Source of the DNA: a virus | Lineage: Duplodnaviria; Caudoviricetes | Strand: one strand, 5' to 3' | DNA length: 27,256 nucleotides | IMG/VR virus record: IMGVR_UViG_3300020045_007891 | Span: 1 to 27,256 of that record | Shown here: piece by piece, positions 1 through 8,237 of the stretch | Numbering within the stretch: position 1 is the stretch's first letter | Layout: every line of letters begins with the position of its first letter | Position numbers and translations under genes: made by a program | The notes under the pieces: generated by a model | The model's database searches: none | What the model saw: only the letters and a program-made list of their open reading frames with translations | Told to the model about the DNA's origin: nothing

Positions 1-127
1 TGTCCGTTAGATCAAAAACAATTTTCTTATAAGTCTTTCTGATTTTCTCGCATACAGTTTCCTGACCAGATTCAATCTGTTGCCAATACTCAAGGATCGG
101 ATTATAATCAGCCGAATACTTCTTCAC
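1..127 (-). CDS. terL: True N-terminus of terminase large subunit, inverted copy
   Basis: Minus strand from GTG at 127 reads MKKYSADYNPILEYWQQIESGQETVCEKIRKTYKKIVFDLTD. From TVCEKIRK onward it is identical to the + strand TerL. Confidence 0.85.
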   Translation of the reverse strand, partial: MKKYSADYNPILEYWQQIESGQETVCEKIRKTYKKIVFDLTD

Positions 128-212
128 ACATCATCACGCCCATTGACAAAATCATTAAACCCATCATCCTTCGTTTCTGCTACTTGTTTTGGTAAAAGGT
201 CGGATAACTGTT
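124..212 (-). CDS. terS: Terminase small subunit C-terminal fragment (in inverted segment)
   Basis: Reverse complement reads QLSDLLPKQVAETKDDGFNDFVNGRDDV*. Its TGA (126-124) overlaps the GTG (127-125) of the TerL N-terminus, a typical terS/terL coupling. Confidence 0.75.
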
Positions 213-1826
213 TGCGAGAAAATCAGAAAGACTTATAAGAAAATTGTTTTTGATCTAACGGACACAACAAGCGAATTTTACTATAGCTCGACCAGGGCAA
301 ATCATATTCTTGAGTTTGCAGAAAACTACTGTCGGCATAGCAAGGGGAAGTTTGGTGGGAAACAAGTCGTTTTAGAGTTATGGGAAAAATCATTGCTGGC
401 TACCATTTTCGGGTTTATTGATATCGAAGGATATAGAAAATACCGAAAAGCAATTCTTATTGTCGGAAAGAAAAACGGGAAATCTCTGATTTCCTCTATA
501 GTCGGTTTGTATATGCTGATCGGAGATGGCGAGCCAGGACCTGAAGTATATGCGGTCGCAACGAAGAGAGACCAGGCGAAGATTATATGGCAGGAAGCCA
601 AGCGAATGGTCAGGAAATCACCGTCATTGTTGAAGCGTATTAAGACATTGGTTGCAGAACTTAGCAGTGAACTTTTCAACGATGGCACATTTAAGCCACT
701 GGCTAGCGACAGCGACACACTCGACGGTCTGAATGTACACTGTGTTCTGATGGATGAGTTTCATCAATGGAAAAACGGAAAGCCACTTTATAACATAATG
801 GCTGATGGAGGATCGGCACGGGAACAACCGCTCATTTTTATGACATCGACAGCAGGAACTATCCGTGAAGATATTTACGATGAAGAATATGATGACATCG
901 AGCGGATTATCAATGGATATTTCGATGATAACGGTTATAAAGACGATCGAACGATTGCTTTGGTATATGAGCTGGATAATCGTAAAGAATGGATTGATCC
1001 AGCGTGCTGGAGAAAGGCGAATCCAGGACTCGGAACTATAAAAAACGAAAAGACGCTTGCGGAAAAAGTACAGAAAGCAATGAAGAATCCAAATCTCGTA
1101 AAGAATTTGGTTTGCAAGGAATTCAACATCCGTGAGACATCTGTAGAGGCGTGGTTACCGTTTGAAACAATACTCAACACTAATACATATGACATAAAGG
1201 CCTTAAAGCCTAGATATGGTATCGGTGGATGTGACCTTTCTGCGACAACAGACTTAACAGCCGCAAAGGTTATTTTTATGTCACCAGGCGATGGATGTAT
1301 TTATGTGCTTTCGATGTATTGGCTACCGGAAGACTTGATTGAAAAGAGAGTCAATGAGGACAAGATTCCATATGATAAGTGGCGAGATCAAGGATTATTA
1401 CGAACATGCCCTGGTAATTCGGTTCATGCCAAATATGTGACTGAATGGTTTTTAGAAGTCATGAACGAAATGGATGTGTATATCCCATGGGTTGGTTATG
1501 ATTCGTGGTCTGCCAAGTATTGGGTTGAGGAAATGAAGGGCCATTTTGGTGAAGCTTCCATGATCCCTGTTATACAAGGTAAAAAGACTCTTTCAAGCCC
1601 GATGAAGAAACTGGCAGTAGACCTTGAAAGTAAACTGGTCATATACAACAACAATCCAATTGATAAGTGGTGCTTATCGAATACATCTGTCGATGTGGAC
1701 AAGAATGATAACATCCAACCAGTAAAGACCAGCAACCAACGCAGACGTATTGACGGATCGGCAGCGCTAATTAATGCGTATGTAGTGTTACAAGATAAAA
1801 TAGTGGAATACCAAAACATGATTTGA
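189..1826 (+). CDS. terL: Terminase large subunit (first ~6 codons of this ORF are chimeric)
   Basis: Walker A VGKKNGKS, Walker B VLMDE, nuclease-domain GCDLS and RIDG motifs. Lies directly before the portal gene. Confidence 0.96.
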   Translation: MVKGRITVCEKIRKTYKKIVFDLTDTTSEFYYSSTRANHILEFAENYCRHSKGKFGGKQVVLELWEKSLLATIFGFIDIEGYRKYRKAILIVGKKNGKSLISSIVGLYMLIGDGEPGPEVYAVATKRDQAKIIWQEAKRMVRKSPSLLKRIKTLVAELSSELFNDGTFKPLASDSDTLDGLNVHCVLMDEFHQWKNGKPLYNIMADGGSAREQPLIFMTSTAGTIREDIYDEEYDDIERIINGYFDDNGYKDDRTIALVYELDNRKEWIDPACWRKANPGLGTIKNEKTLAEKVQKAMKNPNLVKNLVCKEFNIRETSVEAWLPFETILNTNTYDIKALKPRYGIGGCDLSATTDLTAAKVIFMSPGDGCIYVLSMYWLPEDLIEKRVNEDKIPYDKWRDQGLLRTCPGNSVHAKYVTEWFLEVMNEMDVYIPWVGYDSWSAKYWVEEMKGHFGEASMIPVIQGKKTLSSPMKKLAVDLESKLVIYNNNPIDKWCLSNTSVDVDKNDNIQPVKTSNQRRRIDGSAALINAYVVLQDKIVEYQNMI

Positions 1827-1832
1827 GGTGAG

Positions 1833-3002
1833 ATGGCGGTGGGATTGTTTCAAAAGATATTCAAAAATGAATTACAACCGAATCTTGGATATCGATATCA
1901 GTTGATTGTTGACAAGGGTAATGGATTCTATTCATGGAATGGGAAATCATATCAATCTGATATTGTCAGGGCTTGCATTCGACCAAAAGCCAGAGCTATC
2001 GGGAAATTGGTTGCAAAACATATCCGTGATGGAAAAGACGGACCAATAATTAACCCAGAACCCTATATTCGTTTCTTACTAGAAGAGCCAAACCCATACA
2101 TGACAGGCCAGATGATGCAAGAAAAACTTGCCACACAACTGATGCTAAATAACAATGCATACGCATGGATTTTCCGTGATGAAAATGGATATGCGACACA
2201 AATTTATCCGGTTTCCTGTTCGAGCGTGGAGGTCGTATATTCCAGTAATGGGGATATGCAATTTAAGTTTACATTACTCAATGGAAAAGTAAAAACTGCA
2301 AATTATGCAGATGTAATCCATTTACGGCGTGATTTTAATGAAAATGATGTGTTCGGTGATAACCCATCCACAGTCATCACATCCCTTATGGACATTGTGA
2401 CAACGACTGATCAAGGGATTATCAAAGCAATAAGAAATTCGGCGGTTGTTCGGTGGATTATGATGTTCAAAAGTACGATTCGACCGGAAGATAAAACTCT
2501 AAAGGTTAAGGATTTTGCTGAAAGTTACATGGATATCGATAATTCTGCTGGGGTTGCGACATCAGACCCGACGTATGATCTGAAAGAGGTCACACCGCAG
2601 AATTATGTACCAAATGCCGCACAAATTGATAAAACGATGCAGCGCATTTTCAATTTTTTCAATACGAACGAAAAAATACTTCAGAGCAAATGGGGAGAGG
2701 ATGACTGGAACGCATATTACGAAGCGGAGATAGAGCCGGATGCCATGCAAATGTCAGGAGAATATACTAGGAAGCTTTTTAGCCGAAAAGAGCGTGGATT
2801 TGGTAATCAGATCATATTCGTGGCTTTAAACTTGCAGTATGCGTCCATGAATACGAAACTGCAACTTATGCAAATGGTTGATCGCGGAGCCATGACACCC
2901 AATGAGTGGAGAACAGTTCTTAATATGGGACCAATAGAAGGCGGCGATAAACCTATACGCCGCCTTGATACAGCAGTTGTTCAGGGAGGAGGTGCGAAGT
3001 AG
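1833..3002 (+). CDS. Portal protein, HK97 family
   Basis: EPNPYMT, NNNAY, DVIHLR and GAMTPNEWR motifs; GAGGTG RBS; follows TerL. Confidence 0.95.
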   Translation: MAVGLFQKIFKNELQPNLGYRYQLIVDKGNGFYSWNGKSYQSDIVRACIRPKARAIGKLVAKHIRDGKDGPIINPEPYIRFLLEEPNPYMTGQMMQEKLATQLMLNNNAYAWIFRDENGYATQIYPVSCSSVEVVYSSNGDMQFKFTLLNGKVKTANYADVIHLRRDFNENDVFGDNPSTVITSLMDIVTTTDQGIIKAIRNSAVVRWIMMFKSTIRPEDKTLKVKDFAESYMDIDNSAGVATSDPTYDLKEVTPQNYVPNAAQIDKTMQRIFNFFNTNEKILQSKWGEDDWNAYYEAEIEPDAMQMSGEYTRKLFSRKERGFGNQIIFVALNLQYASMNTKLQLMQMVDRGAMTPNEWRTVLNMGPIEGGDKPIRRLDTAVVQGGGAK

Positions 3003-3673
3003 TGGCAAAGATAAAGATCAAGGGAGTTATTGTGTCGAATGATGACAAGTGGGTCTATGATTGGTTCGGTATTGAGTCAGTGAGCCCGGGCGATGTGGTA
3101 GCACAAATTGATCAATCATTAGGAGAAGACATTGAGGTTGAAATCAATAGTGGTGGTGGGGATGTGTACTCAGGATCAGAAATTTACACGGCGCTGAAGG
3201 CTTATAAGGGAAACGTTATAACTCAGATTGTCGGTATTGCAGCTAGTGCAGCGAGTGTCGTTGCTATGGCGGGTAAGAAGGTATCCATATCCCCAACAGC
3301 GCAGATTATGATCCATAATGTATCGTCAATGGGCTCTGGAGATTATCGTGATTTTGAGCATGAAGCAAAGGTCCTTAAAAACTTCAATGTATCTATCGCT
3401 AACGCATACATACTGAAAACCGGAATGAAACAAAAAGATCTTCTGGATATGATGAACAAGGAAACCTGGTTAAATGCTCAACAGGCATTAGAACTCCATT
3501 TTGCAGATGAGATCATGTTTAATGAATCTCGACTTGTTGCAGGTATTTATCAAGGGATGATTCCGCAGGAAGTCATTGCCAAAATGAAATCACAGAAAAT
3601 CAATGAAAAAAACGACGAAGCAAAATTGGCCTCGGCCAAGTTGAAATTGCTATTTTTGAAAGGGGCAAATTAA
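3002..3673 (+). CDS. ClpP-like prohead maturation protease
   Basis: INSGGGDV, AASAAS (catalytic Ser), IMIHN (His) and ETWL motifs. Confidence 0.95.
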   Translation: MAKIKIKGVIVSNDDKWVYDWFGIESVSPGDVVAQIDQSLGEDIEVEINSGGGDVYSGSEIYTALKAYKGNVITQIVGIAASAASVVAMAGKKVSISPTAQIMIHNVSSMGSGDYRDFEHEAKVLKNFNVSIANAYILKTGMKQKDLLDMMNKETWLNAQQALELHFADEIMFNESRLVAGIYQGMIPQEVIAKMKSQKINEKNDEAKLASAKLKLLFLKGAN

Positions 3674-3674
3674 C

Positions 3675-4853
3675 ATGAAAAAAAAGGAATATCTAGAAAA
3701 AAGAAATGCTCTTCTTTCAGCAGCCGAGAGCTTGCTGGGAGAGGGTAAAACCACAGATGCCAATGTAAAAATGGAAGAGATCAAAACTCTTGATGATTCT
3801 TTCCAAGAGATCGCAAAGGCACAGGCGAACATTAATGCCTTGAAAGACACTGTTTACAAAGGTGGGATTGATGGGAACCATATCGCAGCACCAGGACAGG
3901 AACTGGAGGATAAATACAACTCTGTTGAGTACCGCAAGGCATTCATGTCTTTCGTTACCAAGGGAACACCGATTCCTTCCGAGTTCAGAAACTCAGACGA
4001 AAGTACCGCGACCACAGATGTAGCCAGTGTTATACCAGAAGTTGTAGTTAATCGTGTCATCGAAACAATGGAAAAGATCGGGATGATTCTTCCATTGGTC
4101 AACAAGACTGCGTTTGCTGCTGGAGTGAAAATCCCGACATCGGCCGTTAAACCTGTCGCCACATGGGTCAATGAGGGAGCGTCCAGCGACAGACAGAAAA
4201 AGACAACCAGTTACATCAGCTTTACACACTACAAATTACGCTGTGAAATATCCATGTCAATGGAAACCAGCGTTATGGCCCTCAGCGCGTTTGAAGCTTC
4301 TTTTGTTCGCCAGGTATCTGAAGCAATGGTTAAGGCACTTGAGACAAAAATCATATCCACTGCTGATGGTTCAACTTCCATGAAGGGAATCCTCGGAGAA
4401 ACCCCAACGACTGGACAAGCCTTGACAGCAACAAAACAAACATATGACGGCCTTATTGCTGCTGAAGCCGCACTTCCGGAAGAATACGAAGGAAACGCCG
4501 CATACTGCATGACAAAGAAAACGTTCATGGGCTATGTTGGAATGACAGATGCAAATGGGCAACCGATCGCAAGAGTGAACTATGGGATTGGTGGAAAGCC
4601 CGAGCGTACACTGCTTGGAAGACCAGTTGTGTTGGCAGGATCGTACATGAGCAGTTTCAGTTCAACACTAGCCGCCGGTACTATTTTTGCTTTCATATTC
4701 AATTTCAGTGACTATACGGTTAACACTGTATATGACATGGGAATTCAGCGCAAGCAGGACTGGGACACCGAAGATATGCTGACAAAAGCAGTCATGGCAG
4801 CCGATGGAAAGGTTACCGACAAGGGATCACTTGTTACCATCGCAAAGGAGTAA
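3675..4853 (+). CDS. Major capsid protein, HK97 fold with N-terminal coiled-coil delta domain
   Basis: VIPEVV, ATWVNEG and TLLGRPVV motifs; position after the protease. Confidence 0.93.
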   Translation: MKKKEYLEKRNALLSAAESLLGEGKTTDANVKMEEIKTLDDSFQEIAKAQANINALKDTVYKGGIDGNHIAAPGQELEDKYNSVEYRKAFMSFVTKGTPIPSEFRNSDESTATTDVASVIPEVVVNRVIETMEKIGMILPLVNKTAFAAGVKIPTSAVKPVATWVNEGASSDRQKKTTSYISFTHYKLRCEISMSMETSVMALSAFEASFVRQVSEAMVKALETKIISTADGSTSMKGILGETPTTGQALTATKQTYDGLIAAEAALPEEYEGNAAYCMTKKTFMGYVGMTDANGQPIARVNYGIGGKPERTLLGRPVVLAGSYMSSFSSTLAAGTIFAFIFNFSDYTVNTVYDMGIQRKQDWDTEDMLTKAVMAADGKVTDKGSLVTIAKE

Positions 4854-4865
4854 GGAGGACTGACT

Positions 4866-5471
4866 ATGTATGATTTCAAACCTAGCGAAGGCCAGAGCAT
4901 AGGATCAGATGCGGAGGGCGTAGGTGTAGACCGCGCCTTCCTTGCTCATTTTCAGATAGTAGCTGAGAAGGCTACAGTAGCCAGTACCACCGGTATTCAT
5001 GCCGCAGTAACAGACACTGGAGCACAACAAGTTGTTACTACAGGCATTACACAACCATCGGTACCTAGAAACGTCACAGCAACAGCCGGAGGCACCGCTG
5101 GAGACATTAAGGCGATTCAGGTTATTGTTGCAGGAACAAACTATGCGGGAGAAGCGATTACGGAAACACTCCCAGCGTTTACGGTTGACACGGCAGGTAG
5201 TGTTACTGGGTCAAAAGCATTTAAAACAATCACCAGTATTACAATTCCTGCACACGATGGTACCGGAGCCACTACTGCAATAGGTTTTGGAGAGAAGTTG
5301 GGTCTGCCGTATAAGTTAGCACACAACACCGTGTTATCAGCGTATCTTGACAATGCGAAAGAAGGTACTGCTCCAACTGTAACTATTTCAACAACTGCAA
5401 TCGAGTCTAATACCATCGACCTGAATAGCGCTCTGGCCTCAAAGGTTGTTGACGCTTACTTGATGGTGTAA
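4866..5471 (+). CDS. Putative capsid decoration/structural protein
   Basis: Strong AGGAGG RBS; T/A/G-rich, beta-type sequence; immediately after the capsid gene. Function is inferred from position. Confidence 0.55.
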   Translation: MYDFKPSEGQSIGSDAEGVGVDRAFLAHFQIVAEKATVASTTGIHAAVTDTGAQQVVTTGITQPSVPRNVTATAGGTAGDIKAIQVIVAGTNYAGEAITETLPAFTVDTAGSVTGSKAFKTITSITIPAHDGTGATTAIGFGEKLGLPYKLAHNTVLSAYLDNAKEGTAPTVTISTTAIESNTIDLNSALASKVVDAYLMV

Positions 5472-5484
5472 AGGGGGGCTGACA

Positions 5485-5994
5485 GTGGCCCTTCTGGATG
5501 ACGTTAAAACTGTGCTGCGGGTCACAACGACAGCACTTGATACGGAAATCAATGATCTGATTGATACAGCAAAGGCCGATCTTGGTCTTGCTGGTGTCGT
5601 CAGTGAAAAAATCCTTGACACTTATCCGCTTATAAAACGGGCAATCAATGTTTATTGTAAAGCTAACTTCGGATGGGGTAATCCAGACTCGGAAAAGCTG
5701 ATGAAGTCGTATGAAATGATAAAGGGTCAGTTGTCATTGTCGTCAGAATATGCTTATTATGCAATTACTATTATGGTAACGGACAGTATAACTGAAGAAC
5801 CTATAAGGATGGCGTTGGTCACTCTGGATGGTATCACCGCATATACGAATGAGCATGGGCAGGTTGTTTTTTATCTCAGGGAACCAAAAAATCTTGTCTA
5901 TACTATATCGTGTAACGGGTACATTTCATCAGAAGATGAATACCTTGATGCTGCAGCAAGCCAGATAATTGAAATTGCTCTGGTCGCGGGGTGA
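5485..5994 (+). CDS. Head-tail connector (gp6/gp15-like) with extra C-terminal beta-sandwich domain
   Basis: N-terminal LLDDVKTVLRV...IDTAKADL...YCKANFG connector motif. An ~80-aa extension resembles a carboxypeptidase-regulatory/prealbumin-like domain. Confidence 0.8.
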   Translation: MALLDDVKTVLRVTTTALDTEINDLIDTAKADLGLAGVVSEKILDTYPLIKRAINVYCKANFGWGNPDSEKLMKSYEMIKGQLSLSSEYAYYAITIMVTDSITEEPIRMALVTLDGITAYTNEHGQVVFYLREPKNLVYTISCNGYISSEDEYLDAAASQIIEIALVAG

Positions 5995-5998
5995 TAAG

Positions 5999-6304
5999 AT
6001 GCTATTTAAAGAAGTGCTGTACTTGGTGACAGAGATCGTCACTGTGAATGATGTTGGGAATAGCATATCATCACAAACAAAGCGTATAGTATTCGCTGAT
6101 AAGCAATCTATCCGGCAAAATGAATTTTATCAAGCGCAAGCCACTGGATTACGACCAGAATTGATGTTTGTCATTAGGTCTTCCGATTATGCTAATGAGC
6201 AAGTGATTGAATACAACGGCAAGCAGTATAACATTACTAGATTCTATGACAAAGGGCAAGATTTCACTGAATTGATATGCCAGGGAATGACAGGTGGAAA
6301 GTAA
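5999..6304 (+). CDS. Head closure protein (SPP1 gp16-like)
   Basis: SIRQNEFYQAQATGLRPE motif. ATG 5999 follows a GGGGTG RBS, which fits better than the track start at 5969. Confidence 0.85.
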   Translation: MLFKEVLYLVTEIVTVNDVGNSISSQTKRIVFADKQSIRQNEFYQAQATGLRPELMFVIRSSDYANEQVIEYNGKQYNITRFYDKGQDFTELICQGMTGGK

Positions 6305-6305
6305 C

Positions 6306-6698
6306 ATGGCTAAAATGACATATGAGTCCCGCATTGAACTGGCTAAACAAAAAATACGTGAAAAGCCTGAAAAAGCACTACAGGCGATTGGAAAGTTTCT
6401 TGTCAAAGAAATTAAGCTTGCAACACCAAAAGGATTTGGTACACGGAAGATCACACGTGCAGATGGAACGGTTGTCACAGTGAAACCAGGTAGACTACGG
6501 AGCAGCTTTTCATATTGGTACAGGAAAAAAGAAGGTGATCTCCAAGTTGGGAGCAAGGCGTTTTATGCGTCTTTTTTTGAACTAGGAACATCAAAGCAAA
6601 GCAAGACACCTTTCTTTCTTCCCACAGTTGAAAAGAATGTAGGAGTCATCCAAGAAATGATCGCAGAAGCGTTGAAGGAGTTGACGAACGAACAATGA
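6306..6698 (+). CDS. HK97 gp10-like tail-completion/neck protein
   Basis: GRLRSS, FYASFFELGTSKQ and PFFLP motifs. Confidence 0.85.
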   Translation: MAKMTYESRIELAKQKIREKPEKALQAIGKFLVKEIKLATPKGFGTRKITRADGTVVTVKPGRLRSSFSYWYRKKEGDLQVGSKAFYASFFELGTSKQSKTPFFLPTVEKNVGVIQEMIAEALKELTNEQ

Positions 6699-7081
6699 AT
6701 ATGGTGGAGTTGCAAAAATCAATAAGATCGCTCTTGTTGACAAAAACATCAAGGGTGTATTTGGACAAAGCACCACCAAGCGCGGTGTATCCTTATGTTG
6801 TTTGTGGTTACCCTTCATCGTTTGTATCTGATCCGGGCGAGAGAGTTTCGCTTGAAATAGACGTGTGGGATAAATCTGATGACACAATATTGGCAGATAA
6901 TCTGGTTGACAGCATTATTGGCGATGGGTCAACAAATAACCCAACAGGCATAAATCGAAAGAGTATTTATTCATCCGGAACAGTCGCAGCAACTGCTTAT
7001 TTTGACAGCAGACAAACGGTGGTTGATGAAGACGAGAGGATCGTAAGAAGACAAGTCCGGTTTATTTTACAATGCTATTGA
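6695..7081 (+). CDS. Tail terminator protein
   Basis: RVY..AP..AVYPYVV and LEIDVW motifs; position before the major tail gene. Confidence 0.75.
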   Translation: MNMVELQKSIRSLLLTKTSRVYLDKAPPSAVYPYVVCGYPSSFVSDPGERVSLEIDVWDKSDDTILADNLVDSIIGDGSTNNPTGINRKSIYSSGTVAATAYFDSRQTVVDEDERIVRRQVRFILQCY

Positions 7082-7098
7082 AAGGAGGAACATGACGA

Positions 7099-7611
7099 AT
7101 GGCGGGTGTAGCCAATATTATTCTTGGTGATGGTGTATTCTCTATAGGTTCCACAAACATAGCTCTTACAAGGGGCGGCGGTAAGTTTATTGTTGAACGT
7201 GAGTATAGGTTGATTGAAGCAGATGGAGACTATGGACCTATTAAAGGCCGTATCCGTAAAACAAAGTCTATCGCCAAACTTGAAATGAACGCCCTTGAGA
7301 TACTACCAGCCAATATACCGATGATGTATCCAGCGCTTGACGAAGATACCACAACTACTCCTGGGACATCGGTCATAGCCGCCGCTACCGATGTAGTTGA
7401 CGCTGATTACAACACAACAGTTAAATGGACAGGCAAGACAAAGGCAGGAAAAGCGGTTGTTATTACCCTTGAAAATGCAATCAATCTTGAAAACATTGAC
7501 TGGACGTTGGCTGACAAGGATGAAATCATCCCTAAATTAACCTTCACGGCAGCATATCTTGATACGGCACGAACGACAGAACCATGGAAGATCCAATACG
7601 CTACTACATAA
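7099..7611 (+). CDS. Major tail tube protein
   Basis: IILGDG...TRGGGKF motif; strong RBS; followed by a terminator and the chaperone pair. Confidence 0.85.
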   Translation: MAGVANIILGDGVFSIGSTNIALTRGGGKFIVEREYRLIEADGDYGPIKGRIRKTKSIAKLEMNALEILPANIPMMYPALDEDTTTTPGTSVIAAATDVVDADYNTTVKWTGKTKAGKAVVITLENAINLENIDWTLADKDEIIPKLTFTAAYLDTARTTEPWKIQYATT

Positions 7612-7639
7612 GAGGGGCCAAGAGGCCTCTCTTCTTTTC
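7611..7639 (+). terminator. Intrinsic terminator after major tail gene
   Basis: AGAGGGGCC-AAGA-GGCCTCTCT stem followed by TCTTTTC. Confidence 0.7.
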
Positions 7640-7656
7640 TAAATAAGGAGATTTAT

Positions 7657-7965
7657 ATGAATATTAGGGGATTAAAAACATCAGACATTTTCAAAATGAG
7701 TAAAATACTTAAAAAAATGAGTTTAAAAATAGACACAGAAGGAAAAACACAGGAACAGGTTGGCGCAGAAATTATCATGAGCGCATTTGAAAACCTTTAC
7801 ATGGCGCAGGATGATGTCAATGAGTTCATGGGAGATTTGGTAGGATTAAGTGCTAAAGAGTTTAATGAGCTTCCAATAGAAAACTCAGTTAAGATAATTC
7901 AACAGTTTAAAAACATTCCTGGTATCACTGGTTTTTTCAAAGCAGCAGGAGTATCGATGAAATAG
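7657..7965 (+). CDS. Tail assembly chaperone (gpG-like)
   Basis: Lies between the tail tube and tape measure genes; slippery site near the 3' end. Confidence 0.8.
   Translation: MNIRGLKTSDIFKMSKILKKMSLKIDTEGKTQEQVGAEIIMSAFENLYMAQDDVNEFMGDLVGLSAKEFNELPIENSVKIIQQFKNIPGITGFFKAAGVSMK
7932..7938 (+). promoter_or_regulatory. -1 programmed ribosomal frameshift site T TTT TTC
   Basis: X XXY YYZ heptamer in the correct phase. The -1 frame is open to 8237 (FFQSSRSIDEIAILDLLLSRYSNIDYVMNLP...). Confidence 0.8.
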
Positions 7966-8237
7966 CAATTCTCGACCTCCTGCTATCCAGGTACAGCAAT
8001 ATTGATTATGTCATGAACTTGCCAGTTAATACGGGTATTTTATTAATTAACAAGGCAGTTGAACAGCAGAACAGAGATGAAATGTGGTCTATCTGGATTG
8101 CGAAATATCAACACATGGACAAGGATAATTACATCGCATTTGACGACTTTTGGAAGCCGGTTGTGATCAGCCGACGGTCAACTGCTGAAATCCTGCGAGA
8201 AGCTGAAGAAATAAGGGCGAGGATCGAGGTGGAATAA
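7935..8237 (+). CDS. Frameshift extension of tail chaperone (gpT-like)
   Basis: The frame of the ORF called at 8013 is open back to the slippery site, and 8013 has no clear RBS. Confidence 0.75.
   Translation, partial: FQSSRSIDEIAILDLLLSRYSNIDYVMNLPVNTGILLINKAVEQQNRDEMWSIWIAKYQHMDKDNYIAFDDFWKPVVISRRSTAEILREAEEIRARIEVE

Larger units (their letters stand above)
1..264. repeat. Inverted repeat 1-59 / 206-264 (58/59 identity), fold-back junction
   Basis: 1-52 is the exact reverse complement of 213-264. 54-59 matches 206-211 after one mismatch. Confidence 0.95.
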
